Positions 1-13,275 of a DNA stretch of 64,000 nucleotides are shown here, piece after piece. Within the stretch, counting starts at the first letter, position 1. Each line of letters begins with the position of its first letter. The notes beneath the pieces were generated by a model. It ran no database searches. It was not told the origin of the DNA and saw only the letters and a list, made by a program, of their open reading frames with translations. The stretch is from Diplonema japonicum (taxonomy: Eukaryota > Protista > Euglenozoa: Diplonemea), in the NCBI GenBank assembly GCA_964019335.1, contig OZ025648.1, positions 124,001 through 188,000 of the forward strand. The letters are read 5' to 3'. A program made the translations under genes and the position numbers.

Positions 1-3000
1 CTAGCCACGTGTTGAACGCACTCGAACACGGCAGCCACTCAAAGATCTTCTTCATAACACCGAACTCCAGCTTCCGCATCTTTTTCAAAGGGACAGTCCA
101 CTCCGGAGGGTACACCACACACCCACACCTTTTGATGCAGCCTTCCGTCTCCTCTGCATGCGAGCGCTCATGGAACAGTTCTGTTGCGGTGTCCATTGCC
201 TTTTGGACGGCAGCCACCTGGCATTCAATCCACTCGACGTCCTTGGCGTTCAGTGACTCTCGACCTGCTTGCAGACAGGCTGCTATGTCTCCCAAAGCAA
301 GATGGCAGTACAGTAGCCCTAGGTGGCAGGTGTCCCTGTTGGGGTACTGCATGAGCAACGCGAAGAAGGCTTCGCTTGCCTCTTTGTAGTCGCCGTCCTC
401 GTAAATGTCCCACGCCTCTTGCACCTGCTGCGAGATGTTGTACTCGTTGGAGCGCTCCTCAAGGAACATTGTGATGTCATGCGCCACGTCCTCATTATCA
501 GGGAGGTAGTCCATCGGAAGCATAGAGTTCTGGTCTCTCCTATACCGCGCACCTGCGCCGATCAGGGTGCACGCCACGTCGGGCTGCGCATAGGCACATG
601 CCACGTGCAAGGGCGTGATCCCGCACCCTCCTTCGGGCAGATTGTTCATCTCGTTGGCCCTCTTCTTGAAGAAGGCCAACCAGTTAACATTGGCACCCGC
701 CTCGATCATCACCTTCACATCATCGTCCTCGCCCTCCACCACTGCAGAGAAGAAGACACCAACCTTTCTGCGGAGGTCCCACGAGCTGTACTTGTCTCTG
801 AGGTATTCTCGCCGCTCTTTTTGTGTTTTTCGGTATGCCATGTAGCACTTTGAGCAGACAGCCTCGAACCTGTGGTGAGTAGATATCAAACTGGGTGGCA
901 TACTTTCTGCATGCAGAGCATTTGTTTGAGATGGGTACTTCTTTCTTAGGTTTGAACTTCCTGCGTCTTTGGAAGGACGCGTACTGCAGTTCCTCTTCGG
1001 TGAGCTCTGCGCACACCCTGCCCACCACCACGTGGCCGCCCATCACACGGTCGCCAGCAGCCTCGTCATGCGGCGTGACTGAGATATTCCTGTCGACCTC
1101 GTCGTCCCCGTTGAGCCAGTCGCCCGACCTGTGCGGTAGGCGCCCTTCGTGCGCTTGTGTGTTGAAGTACCCGTCGCCTGTTTTGAAGTCGTCCTTTGAG
1201 TCTGTCACCCGCCAGATCCCGTCGGGTGTCGAGAACAGCCACGCCTCTTCCTCCTCTTCCTTCCCTTCCCGCTTCCATACAGGATGCTCGTTCGCTGTCT
1301 CCTCTTGCAGCACGTACTGCCCCGAGTACTCAGAGGCGTAGTCCGTCGATCTTATCACATATTTCTGCACAACCTCTTCTTCTTCCTCTTCTTCTTCCTC
1401 GCTTTTCGTGTCTTCGCCTTCGCTCTTCACACTTGCTGCTTTCTCCTCGCACGGGTCGGTGTGCGAGGAAGGCTTCACAAACGAACCTTTAGGAGAGAGA
1501 GAAGCTAGGGACCCGTTTTCGCTGTGCAGCAACGAGAAGGACCCGTTGGTCTTGGTGTCGGGGGAGGTGAGGCTGCCCAGGCTCGCAAGGGAGTCGCGTT
1601 TTTGCTGCAAAAGGAGTTCAAAAATGTTACAAAGAAAAAGAAAGACAGCATACCTCTCCTCCTACGGACCCCCTGCGCTCTTCGAGGATGACGATGGAGC
1701 CTTTTGGGAACCACGCACCCCTCCTGTCGCCGAACATGAGACCCACGATGTTGTCTTCCTTGCGCTCCTTGATCATGTGGCCTGTCATGCCCACCCACTT
1801 TTCATAGTCAGCGTCCCACTGGGGCAGCTTAGGGTTGCTCTCTATCATCGCCTTCACCTGTGCTGCGTCGTCGATGACCTTGACCTTCACCCTCTTCGGC
1901 CTTTTGGGGGATGCGGAGGAGCGTATTTCCGGTGACGAGACGGAGCCCAGTCTGATAAGGGACTTTCTTGGCGACGACGACGCCAGGCACGCGAAGTAGT
2001 CCCCACGCGTGTCTTCGTCCACTTTCATCGCTTTGTCTGTGTCCTCAGGTTCGGGGCCGTACTTTGCTACAAGCTTCTGGAACAACAGTGCCTCCTTGCC
2101 CTTATAGACATTGAGGAACTTGTCGACCTCTTCGACCTTGCCGGGGTTGTAGAGCATGTAAAACCTTGTCAACCGCTTCTTGAGCGGCGAGTGGTCCAAT
2201 GCCACGAAGCTCGATGTGGGCGCAGGAAGAGACGCCCTCCAGCTGAACGGGCTCTCCACTGCCGGGGACCTCCCGACCTTCGCAGAGCCAGCACGGTCTC
2301 TTGTGTTCATGCGGGACACGGACCGTGGTCTGATGACTTCGTCCTCGGCGGGCTCGGGGCCGTACTTTTCGACAAGTTTGTCGAAAAGAGACTGCGTGCC
2401 GCAAGGGTGCTCTGAGAAAGACCTCAGCATGTCGTCCACCATCGGCACCTTGGAGGGGTTGTACTTCTCGTAGAAGCGAGTGAGCCTCCGCTGCTGGGTG
2501 GAGTCGAGGGGCGCGGGCTGCTTGGGGGTGTCGTTGACAACAGGCTCAGGCCCGTGCATGCCGACAAGCATCGAGAGGAGCTCCTCTTCCTTGCCGGCGT
2601 AGTCCTCCAGCTGGACGGAAAGCTGCGTTTCGGGTAAGTGGTAGCATCTAAAGTACCGCCTCAGCCTCTCCTCGTAAGGAGAAGGCGTGACGGGCGGTTC
2701 AATGCCGTATTGAGAGATGAGTTGTTGTAGGAGCTGCTCCTCGGTGCCGAAGTTGTCCTCGAGGAGGCTGTCGACGGCGGTGAGCCTCGACTGGTCGTAG
2801 TGGCGGAAGAGGCGCACGAGGCGGGCACGGGAATGCCGCGTGTTGTCCGCCTGTGATGGTGTCGGGAAGTTGAGTGAAGCCTCCAACGGCGAAGGCTGTG
2901 CAGGCGACATCAGCTCCTGCGGGTCGCAGAACAGGCTATCCAGCCCGCTTACAGGACTCACTAGGGGTGGTTTGCTGTTGCTCCCACTCCCGCTCCTCAC

Positions 3001-3195
3001 CCTGCTCACCACGTCCTGCAGCCCACTGCCCTTCCTCCTCATGTTCCCCCTCACACCAAGACTTGCGCTGCCTGCTGCGTTCGCATCTGCCATCCTCGCC
3101 ACGCCCTCATCCACCTTCATGGGGAACCCGTCGATGTAGGTGATCTTCCCGCTGGCTGCGTCAGGAGGCGCTTTGCCCTTCTCCTCCCCTGACAT
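1..3195 (-). CDS. Large multi-exon protein with repeated 'RLxRFY..YNPxKV...LVxKYGPEP' modules, then ankyrin and TPR-like repeats; runs off the left edge
   Basis: Joins ORFs 1627..3216 and 720..1610 and a third frame via GT-AG introns 1605-1653 (49 nt) and 870-903 (34 nt). The third exon encodes 'MIEAGANVN..GITPLHVACAYAQPDVACTLIGAGA' (ankyrin) and 'YEDGDYKEASEAF..' (TPR-like). The frame is still open at position 1. Confidence 0.8.
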
Positions 3196-3592
3196 GGCAA
3201 CCTGTGAGGTGTTCAAGGAGGAAAATAAAATAAAGAGTTTAATTATTGTTTCATCTCGCTTTTTTTTTTCCTTTTCTTTTCTTTCATTCGTTTTCTTTTT
3301 TTCTTTTTGTATTGAACCCCCCCCCCCCCCCCCCCGGCGTTACACATTTTTTTTCTTCTTCTTTTCCTTCAGCAATCCCTTCGACTCTACAAGAGAAAAG
3401 AAGGTGAGGGAGGGGGGTTGAGCTTTTTTTTTTATTTTCTTCTTTTTCACAGCAAAAAGAAAAAAAAACGCCTAACAATACCAATAGAAAGAAGAATGGA
3501 AAGCTATGTGTAGGGGGGGGGAGGGGGGGGGGATGCTACTAATCTCACTCTTATGAGTTTTAAAAAATAAAAAATTAAAAGAATTTATCATT

Positions 3593-4027
3593 CTACCGGT
3601 GGTACGGAGACGAGGAGGCGGGGATGTCGGAGAAGAGGCAGGGGTGGGTATGTGCGCCGTTAGCATATTTCTCGCACCACTGGCAATACGATCGGTTGAG
3701 GTGGGCCTGCCTTGCCTCTGTGATCCAGGCCTCCCGTTGACGAAGCCGGTGGTTTTCTTCTTCCAGTTCCACTATGCGGCTTCTGAGGTAAACCACATCC
3801 TCCCTAGGATACCTGTGCCCAGGGCTGCTGTAAAGAGGACTTTGGCTTCTTATCCTCCCAGTGCTCGCACGCCGTGGTCCCCTGTCAAGGCTCATGTCCC
3901 TCAGCCTCTCCGACGATTTCTCTCCTCTGCACGCATGACATTTGAAGCCACTTTTTCTAAACGTTCCTTCCCTGTCACTCCTACCACACACCACACACAA
4001 CGGGCCCATTACTACATTACTTGTCAT
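3593..4027 (-). CDS. Hypothetical protein (CxxC...CxxC zinc-binding motif plus coiled coil)
   Basis: 144-aa ORF in a GC-rich island between homopolymer spacers; CVVC/CHAC motifs and 'LRSRIVELEEENHRLRQ'. Confidence 0.6.
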   Translation of the reverse strand: MTSNVVMGPLCVVCGRSDREGTFRKSGFKCHACRGEKSSERLRDMSLDRGPRRASTGRIRSQSPLYSSPGHRYPREDVVYLRSRIVELEEENHRLRQREAWITEARQAHLNRSYCQWCEKYANGAHTHPCLFSDIPASSSPYHR

Positions 4028-4734
4028 TAGCTGGAAAAGAGATGGAAAGATTTAAAATGCGTGGGGTAAAAAAAAAAAAAAAAGGAAAAAAAAAGTAGGG
4101 GAGGGAGGGAAGGGGAAGTCGGAGAGGAAGAGCGAGGGAGAGAGAGAAAAAAAATCGCAGCGAGCGTCCACGCCAAAAGAGGAAAAATAGTTTGGTGTTA
4201 TAAAATAAAAAAAAGGGGGGGTTTTTTTTTGTTATGTCTCTCTCTTTTGAAGCAAAAAAAAAATTCTTTTAAAAAAAAAATCTGCAGTTAGGAAATTGAA
4301 GAAAGAAGAATAAAAGCAAAAAAAAAAAAAAATCTTCGGATCTCTATATGCTAGTCTTTTTTTTTTCTTTTTCTTCTTTTTTCTTAAAACTTCCCTTCCC
4401 CCCTCATTCTTCCATCCCTCTTTCTCCATTCTTAAGCCATCACCCCCGTTCAAATAACTGTTGTACGCATCCTCCCAATCACACACACTTTATTGTTTTT
4501 CTTTTTTTTTCCTTCTTTTCTTTTTTTATACTTATCACAAAAAAGAAATGAATAAATAAAAGTCTTTCTTTTTCCTTTTTTTTTTTTTTTTTTTTTTTTC
4601 CAAGTCCACACGCATGCGAAGCGTGAGAAAGAAAAAAAAAGAGGGAAAAAAAAAAGAAATTCTTCAATTATTCTTTCTTTTTTTTTTGTTCCCCCCCCCC
4701 ACGTTTTTTTTGTTTCCCCACCTCGTCCCGCTCA

Positions 4735-5914
<1,180 letters not shown>

Positions 5915-6477
5915 TTATTTAGCAACGAGAAACTGAACAGTCTGGTGATAAGCACAGAGGGGGCAGGTGTTCCGAGTGAAGACTTCATCAGTCGCGTCAC
6001 GAGACGGTTTCATGATATGCCGACAAGCAGACGGCATGTGAACCTTACTGAGGCTGAGTTTCTGGAGGAGTAGCACAAACGTTCAGGCAGAAAAAAAAAA
6101 GTGTTCACAGTGTGGCCGAGAGGCCCAATTAACGTTCACCCCTATTTTTTATTTTCTTTTTTTGAAAAAGGGGTCAAATAATCGGCCAAAATATATCCCA
6201 GGTCCATCGGGAAAAAACTCATTTTGAACCGGGGGGGCCTGATGATACCGTTTTTTTTTTCTTTTTTTTTTCTTTTAACGTCTTTTGTTTTTCAAATAAA
6301 AAAAAATAAGGAACAAAACGGGAAGAGGAGAGGGTGGAAATTTAGAAGAAAAAAAAAGAAGAATAAAAAAAAAAAACTCTTGTCATTTTTTTTTCTTTTT
6401 CCTTCTTTTTTTTTTTTTTTTTTTTCTCCCTTGCTCGTTTAGCGTGACAAGGGAATTCAGAAACTATCTGATGCCCG

Positions 6478-6509
<32 letters not shown>

Positions 6510-6851
6510 CTTTCCCTTCTTCTTTTTCCTTTTTTTTTTTTTCTTCTCGTGTCGCGAAATGTTGGGTAAGAAGAGTGGTCCCCCGCCACTTGTGCTGTGC
6601 ATGCGACCAAAGATATACTCCCTGCCGGCCCCTCTCGTGATTGCCTGTTAGCAGGCCAGACCAATAGAGTGCAGGGTCTGTTCACAGCCGTAATAGGAGT
6701 GAAGGAGAAAAAAAACTGGGAGAAAATAGAACTTGTGTTTTGTGCCAGTGATGTGATAAAAAACCAAAGGTGGCACACACACACTTTGGGGATAAACAGC
6801 TTAGACACGGGAAAAGCCACGAGAGGGAAGTGGGGGGAAAAAAAGATCATT

Positions 6852-6885
<34 letters not shown>

Positions 6886-7438
6886 GGATCATTGGATAAA
6901 ATAGATGGTGCTCTTCCCCCCAGGTAAGAAGGGTGGAATTTTCTTATTTTTTTTTCTTTTTTTTTTCTTCTTTTTCTTTTTAAAAAAAAGTCATTGGCAC
7001 ATAGCGGCAATGGGGGGGGGGGGGGGGGGGGACCTGAGAAATGAGAATAACAGTAACGAACCAGAAGCAGGGGGAAGGGGGGTAAAAAAAATGAAAAAGG
7101 GTGAGAACTAAGAATTAAGAGAGAACAGTTAAAAAAAATAAGAATCGCAAAGATGGTGCAGTGATCACTGGTTTCCTACTGCACCCATTGAACTATTCCC
7201 TTCTCCTTACTCTTTGACTCTTCCACTAAGAACCAGTGAGCAAGGATAATGAGAAACGAGTGTTGCTAGTCGTCCTTAGGGTGTGACTGCAAAAGTGACA
7301 ATAAAATAGATAAAAAAGAACCCCCCCCACCAAAAAACCAGGAAAACCTGAAAGCAACAACAGTGGCATAGGGGAAAAATAAGAAGATGGGGAACCCCTG
7401 AAGACGTGGGTCTTTTGGGAAAGAATAAACCTAAATTA

Positions 7439-7483
<45 letters not shown>

Positions 7484-7580
7484 AAAAAAAAAAACCTACT
7501 TTTTTCCAGTAACTAATGTTTCCGGTTAGCCCTCAAAAAAAACTAGTTTGGCGCTCCATTTGTTTGTGCGCACGAGCGGA

Positions 7581-7657
7581 ATTTTACCTAATAAAATAGC
7601 TCATTACGCTGCCATCAACTAGTTTTTAGTCTCGACAATAATATTGTTAAAACAAAA
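7581..7657. repeat. Short dispersed repeat, copy 1
   Basis: 'acgctgccatcaactagtttttagtctcgacaataatattgttaaaacaaa' is nearly identical to 31591-31641. Confidence 0.7.
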
Positions 7658-8404
7658 AAAAAAAAAAAAAAAAAAAACTCTGGGAAAAGGCCGCCTGGTC
7701 TTTGTACTGGCGGCTAAAATCAGATTTCTTTTTTTTTTTTTTTGCCCCTATCTTCTTTTTATTTTCTTCATTTTTTTTTTTCCCCTCGTTTTTTTTTTTT
7801 TTTTTTTTTTTTTATACTCCCTGTCTGTTTTCGTTGATTAGAAGGGCTAGGAAGAAAAAGAAAAAAAAGAAGAAGAAAATTTCCAGGGTGGAAGAGTGTC
7901 TCTTCCGACCCCATTCTTGCTCTACAGTATTATAAGACACCTAAAGAGAGAGGTCTACTTTAAACAAAAAATAAATAATTTTACTGCAAAACAAACTTCC
8001 GCTAGGGAGGGAGCTTTTAAGAGAAAAGAAAACTATCAAAACACAGCATACAACTAAAAGTTTTTTTTTTTTTTTTCCCCGCTTATTTTCTTTCTTTGCT
8101 GCGTAAGATTTAGCAATGTTTGGCAAAAAGAGATGAGGTGAAAATATAGTAAATTCGGGGGGGGGGGGGGGAGAAAAGTCGAAGCCTGACCGTCGATTGC
8201 ATGTGGTAGTGAAACCCCTTTGAGAAGGAAAAAGAAAATTAACTACCAGGAAAACACTTACCTAAACGGTCCTTTTCTGCTCCTTTTCTATTTCTTATTA
8301 TTTCCCCCTTTGTTTCTTTCTTTTTTATGGCCTTGTTCTTCCTCGTTCTAGTTGCCAAACACCAGTTCAAAAAAAGGGGGGGGGGGAGGGGGGGGAAATT
8401 CTTT

Positions 8405-8510
8405 ATGACTATATGTCGTTGTTGTTCGCACGAGCAAAAAAGAAAAGTTTTTAAAAAGCTGCGAAAGTCTTTTTTGCTCGGCACAAGTTGCATATAGTTA
8501 TAAAAATTCT
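8405..8510. repeat. Short dispersed repeat, also at ~63520-63620
   Basis: Shared 'tatgactata..cgagcaaaaaa..aagctgcgaaa.gtcttttt.gctcggcacaagtt..atatag.tataaaa'. Confidence 0.65.
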
Positions 8511-10803
8511 GTACTTTTGAACAAAAAAAAAACAAAAAAAAAGGGGGTGAGTGACATATTGTCTACAATATTCCTTCTTACATGCTTTTAAATGTTGTTT
8601 CTCAAGATATTCTTTTTGAATTCCCCCCTTTTTTTTTGATTGAGAATCCTAGAAAACTACTAGCTTAGACCTTTTTTTAGAAGGGAACTGGCCGTTGTTT
8701 GTAGACACCGGGTTTGTTTTAGACCAAGTCAAAGTCTCGTTTCTCTTGCACAAGTAGAAAAAATAAATGCTTGCACACGGTATGCATCCAGGGATACACA
8801 CTGCATGCTACTCTTTTTTTTTGCTCTTACAAGAAACTGACCAGTACTTGAAGTTTTATACAAATAAAACAAAAACAAAAAAAAGTATAAATATATAAAT
8901 CATATATGAGTGGTGGACTATCCAACCGGGTAAAAACCCTAGAAAGTAATTTTTTTCTTTTTCTTCATTTTTTTTTTTTTTTTTTTTTTTCTTTTTTTTC
9001 CCCGATGCGATGGCACGACAGTAAAACCTGGAGAAGTCTGTCAACCCGAAACACGTTTGCCAATGTTCCCCTTTTGTGGGGAAAAAAAAAAAAAGCAACA
9101 TGTCAAGATATGAAGAATTCTGCCGATTTGTACTCAAATATGGTAGTTATTTGCTTCTGCCATATATCTTTATATATATAATGCACGTGGATGTAGCCGG
9201 GGGGAATGAGGAAAAAGGAGAGTTCGGCCTTTGGAACTGCCTTACGTGCCAAACCAGTTCCGCCGCTCAAGCAAAGTAGATATAAATATAAAATATCACT
9301 ACTGATTTGAAGGAAGCAAAAAAAAAAAAAAAAAATAAGTATATACTGTAAAGCGAAAAACCTGAGAGAAAAATCAGATCGTTAACCGTTTGGTACTACA
9401 CAATTAAAGGCCGCTTTTACTGTAAGCTTTATAGCTTTATAATTATGATCATATCGTTCGGGCGCTTGGTGCCTTATCCCTTTTTGCCTCACAGCAGGGG
9501 AGGGGGCATTTTTCCTGGTTTTAAACAGCCTACACGCTACACCCAGCATCACATTCACAAGCGGGGGGTGTCGCCACGCACCCTAGCTGCTAACAATCAC
9601 CAACGGGCCTACCCGGTCCGGTGCTATCTTTCGATACAAGTGGGGGGTTACCCGTTGGGCCAACGTGCTGCCCGCCTTTGGCACCTGGGTCTTCATTCAA
9701 CCCTGCTGCCCGGTAAAATCCCAGCCGAAATAAGCTCTGTAAGGACATACTTGATGCCCGAGGTCTTGAGCTGATGACCTCATCCTGCTGCCCCTCAGCT
9801 AAAAATGCTTGTTGCCCCCCTCCGGATATCTTTTCTCTTCCGGGAATTCTTTTTTTTCGTTTTACAGTATATATAAGAGTTCCCAAACCACCTGCGGTTC
9901 GGGTCTTCTCGCGAGCACTCGAAAGCGAAGAAGTGAAAACAGTATTAAGTGTTAGAACTAGTAAAGTGCAGAACTGCTTTTCTTTTTCGATTTAAAAAAA
10001 AAAACACGGTTCACGGTAAGCAAAAAGAAAAAAGAAAAAAAAAAAGCCCGTTTAATTCATTTTGTTGTCATACCATATCGGCAGGTGAAGCGTGCCACCT
10101 TGCGAGGCACAAAAAAACACAAGCGCAACCCCCCCCCCAAAAAAAAAAGAAAGATTATTTAAAAAAAAAAGCTCGTTAAAAACTTGTGCTTTTCTTTTCT
10201 TTTCCTTTCTTTTCCTCCTCCCTTGCTCGCGCAAGAGGGGGGGGAGAGAAGAAGAGAACTGGAAGAAGAAGAAAAAAAAACAACTTGTGGACACGTATGT
10301 AACATAAAGGCCAGTTTCTTCTTTTTTCTTTTTTCTCGAGCCGAGATAACACGTCTAAAGCTCCCCTGTGCATATATATACCTTTAACCTACTTGTGCAG
10401 AAGAAGAAGAATATAATGCCTTATCCTTTTCTTAGACAAGTCTTTCTAAAAGATGCAATTTTTACACAGTGGGAGCTTCTCAACAAATAAAAAGGATCAA
10501 AGGGGATAGGAAAATCATATTCAGCAAAAGACATAAAGCTCTTCCCCCCCCTCCCGTAGTCCTTTCTGACTATCAATGATGTTTCCTTCCCCCCTCTTTT
10601 TTTTCGGTACAAAAGACAACAGTGAGAAAATAAGTTTAAAAAAAAAAGAAGAAGAAACGGGGGGTGAAAAAGAGTAGACTAGGTTTAGGTAAAGAAGAGA
10701 GGCTCACTGGAATAGGCAAGTTATTCAATATTTGTACACAAGCAGGCGGCACCAAGGGGGGGATCTTTTTTTTTTTGACAGCGCATGAAGCTCTTTTTTT
10801 TTC

Positions 10804-11003
10804 NNNNNNNNNNNNNNNNNNNNNNNNNNNNNNNNNNNNNNNNNNNNNNNNNNNNNNNNNNNNNNNNNNNNNNNNNNNNNNNNNNNNNNNNNNNNNNNNN
10901 NNNNNNNNNNNNNNNNNNNNNNNNNNNNNNNNNNNNNNNNNNNNNNNNNNNNNNNNNNNNNNNNNNNNNNNNNNNNNNNNNNNNNNNNNNNNNNNNNNNN
11001 NNN
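10804..11003. other. Assembly gap (200 N)
   Basis: Run of n. Confidence 1.
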
Positions 11004-11080
11004 TCGAGACCCATGCGTACATCCCACGTTGTTCGCGCCCCTTGTCACCTGGTGGTACCTGGAGTGGGCCTCCCTCTCGC

Positions 11081-11305
11081 TCATGGGCTTGAGACGCTCT
11101 TTTCTGTCTCCTTGACTACCTGCAAGTGCCAGTTCCCATCTACTTCCTCCACTTCCACCTTCTGTTTGAACCTCAGTGAAACGGCATCTTCCTTCCCCAC
11201 TTCCGCAACAACCTTCTCCCCTCCTACCTCCACTATGGGTTTGTTGTGAGCATTGAAACCCACCACTACCCCCCGTACAAGCCGCGTGGTGCACCTTCTC
11301 AGCAT
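11081..11305 (-). CDS. Small hypothetical protein with mitochondrial-presequence-like N-terminus
   Basis: 74-aa ORF 'MLRRCTTRLVRG...' with coding-like composition. Confidence 0.5.
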   Translation of the reverse strand: MLRRCTTRLVRGVVVGFNAHNKPIVEVGGEKVVAEVGKEDAVSLRFKQKVEVEEVDGNWHLQVVKETEKSVSSP

Positions 11306-11521
11306 GGCTTAAAGATTGGGCCCCCTTTTTTTTCCTTTCCCCTTCGTTCCTTGATGGGTAGAAGAGAACAAGACAAAAAAGAAAAAAAGGGGGATGGGGG
11401 GACTGATTTTTTTTTTTTTTTCCTTTTTCTTCTTTTTGCCTTCTTCTTTGATGTAAGTTAAATGTAAAAAAAAAAAAAAAATCCACCTCGTTTTCTTTTT
11501 TTTTTCCCTCTGACATCCGCA

Positions 11522-12344
11522 TCATCGTTTGCGCTTTTTGCTCTTGGTGCGTTGCCTTGTGGGCTTGGCGTTCCTGGTGGAACCCATTTGATCGAAAGAG
11601 CCACTGTTGAGCTTTTTCGGGTCCTGCGCGATTTTTTTTTTTTTTTTTTTTTTTTATTTTTCCCCGACATACGTTGTATCTGTTGATGTCGTACTTGTCG
11701 TCCCACATTGAGCCTCGAGATTGTTTCCTGCCCCCGATCGCGCCTTCGGCCCGGCGCTTCAAGCCGCGGATTTCCATTTGTTTCAGTCGCTTCTTGTCGA
11801 GGGTGATCTCGCCGCGCTTGTCCCGTCCGAGGACGGTCCTGTGGATGTAGCCCTCCTTGGCAGCCATCTTCTTCTTGTTAACAGTCAGTTCCACGCTCTT
11901 CAGGATGTTTTGTCGCCTTCTTTCCTTCACCTTCGAGCCTTCCACCAGGTCATACATCCCTGTCTCCTCCTCGAGGGAGATCTTCTCTGCGGTTTCTTGT
12001 TTCTTTGTCTGCACTCTCTCTAGATATTTGTTGAAGGAGCACTTGTTGGGTTTCAAAGGGATTCCGCCCAGCCTCACAAACTCAGCTTCCATTCGGTCTT
12101 TCTTTTGCTTTTTTGTCCAGTTTTCCTCGTCCAGCTTCTCCACTCTCTTATAAACGTCAGTCATCTGCAAGTCCAGCTTTGCGTTCAGCCCTTCGCTTGA
12201 CAGCTGCTCCTCGTCCCTTTTCCGCTTCTCGCTCCTCCTTGTCGTGCCCTTCTTCCAATCCCCGAGTGACTTCTCGTTGTGGTCCCATCTGTCATGCTTT
12301 CCCTTCTTTTGTTTCGCGGTTAGGATTCTCTGTATTTTCGGCAT
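11522..12344 (-). CDS. Lys/Arg-rich protein, probably DUF4602 (C1orf131/Faf1-like) ribosome biogenesis factor
   Basis: 'FVRLGGIPLKPNKCSFNKYLE' resembles the DUF4602 core; intron 11624-11672 (GTATG...A-rich...GCAG); stop TGA at 11522-11524. Confidence 0.65.
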
Positions 12345-12478
12345 TTTCTTCTCTTTTTTTTTCTTTTTCCTCCCCCCTCCCCACTTTCTTTCTTTTTTTT
12401 TTTCCCCGCAGTTTCATGCGAAAAATTTAAAAAAAAAAAGGAGGAAGAAGAAGGGGGGGGGGGGGGGGGGAAGTCTAT

Positions 12479-13132
12479 TCAATAAGGCTGTGTTTTGTCA
12501 TCCTCGTCGTCACCGTTGTGCCCGCCCCACAGGACGTGGTCTCGGTGTGTCGTGTAATGCGATGCCACAGTGGTGGCTATGAGACAGAAGACAAGCAAGC
12601 TTCCTGATAAAAAAACGAAATAGCCTTCCCGCAGAGCACCGGAATAGGTGGACACAGCACGGGCAGTGTAGAGAACCAGCGTAGCAAGGAGAAAGAGGAA
12701 CGTGAGGATGACCGCAAGCATGCAGGTAGGGCAGGGTGGGGGCACGTACATAAGCGGGTTTTGTGCATCCCCAGACGCGGCGCAGGCTCTGTTTAAAGTT
12801 ATGAAACCCCCGAAGATCACAGAAAGGACTGAGAAGGCTTTGCACGCCTTTACTATATTGTGGTCATCATCATCACCCCACAGCCCTACGCTGAGTGCTT
12901 GATACCTGATGCCTTCTTGTAGGGCTTCTTCGCACTGGGTCCCGGTTGTCACGCACATGTTCCAATATCCACATGCTGTTTCAGTATAAGCACACTCTGA
13001 AAGGCTCAACCAGTCTTCAGCCTCCCACACACACCATTCTTTCAATGACATGCCTGTCACTAACAGTGCGATTCCTATTGCTCCCAGTACCGCGCCTCCG
13101 CGGCCGAGTACAAATTGTTCGCTTATAAGCAT
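12479..13132 (-). CDS. Four-TM claudin/PMP22/amastin-like membrane protein
   Basis: 217 aa, four hydrophobic segments, W..G-x-W..C extracellular loop signature ('KEW...GYWNMC'). Confidence 0.65.
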   Translation of the reverse strand: MLISEQFVLGRGGAVLGAIGIALLVTGMSLKEWCVWEAEDWLSLSECAYTETACGYWNMCVTTGTQCEEALQEGIRYQALSVGLWGDDDDHNIVKACKAFSVLSVIFGGFITLNRACAASGDAQNPLMYVPPPCPTCMLAVILTFLFLLATLVLYTARAVSTYSGALREGYFVFLSGSLLVFCLIATTVASHYTTHRDHVLWGGHNGDDEDDKTQPY

Positions 13133-13241
13133 CTTTTTTTTTTTTTTTTTTTTTTTTCTTTTTTTTTTCCCTTCACATTCCTGAGGAATTCTTTTTTTAA
13201 AAAAAAAAGTGTTTTATAGGTGACGAATAAAATCTTAGGGG

Positions 13242-13275
<34 letters not shown>

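Noticed and set aside
5970-6015. Hammerhead ribozyme (GAAAC..GTC..CTGATGA on the minus strand)
   Set aside because: Stem III would have a 1-nt loop and stem II cannot close; probably chance or degenerate.
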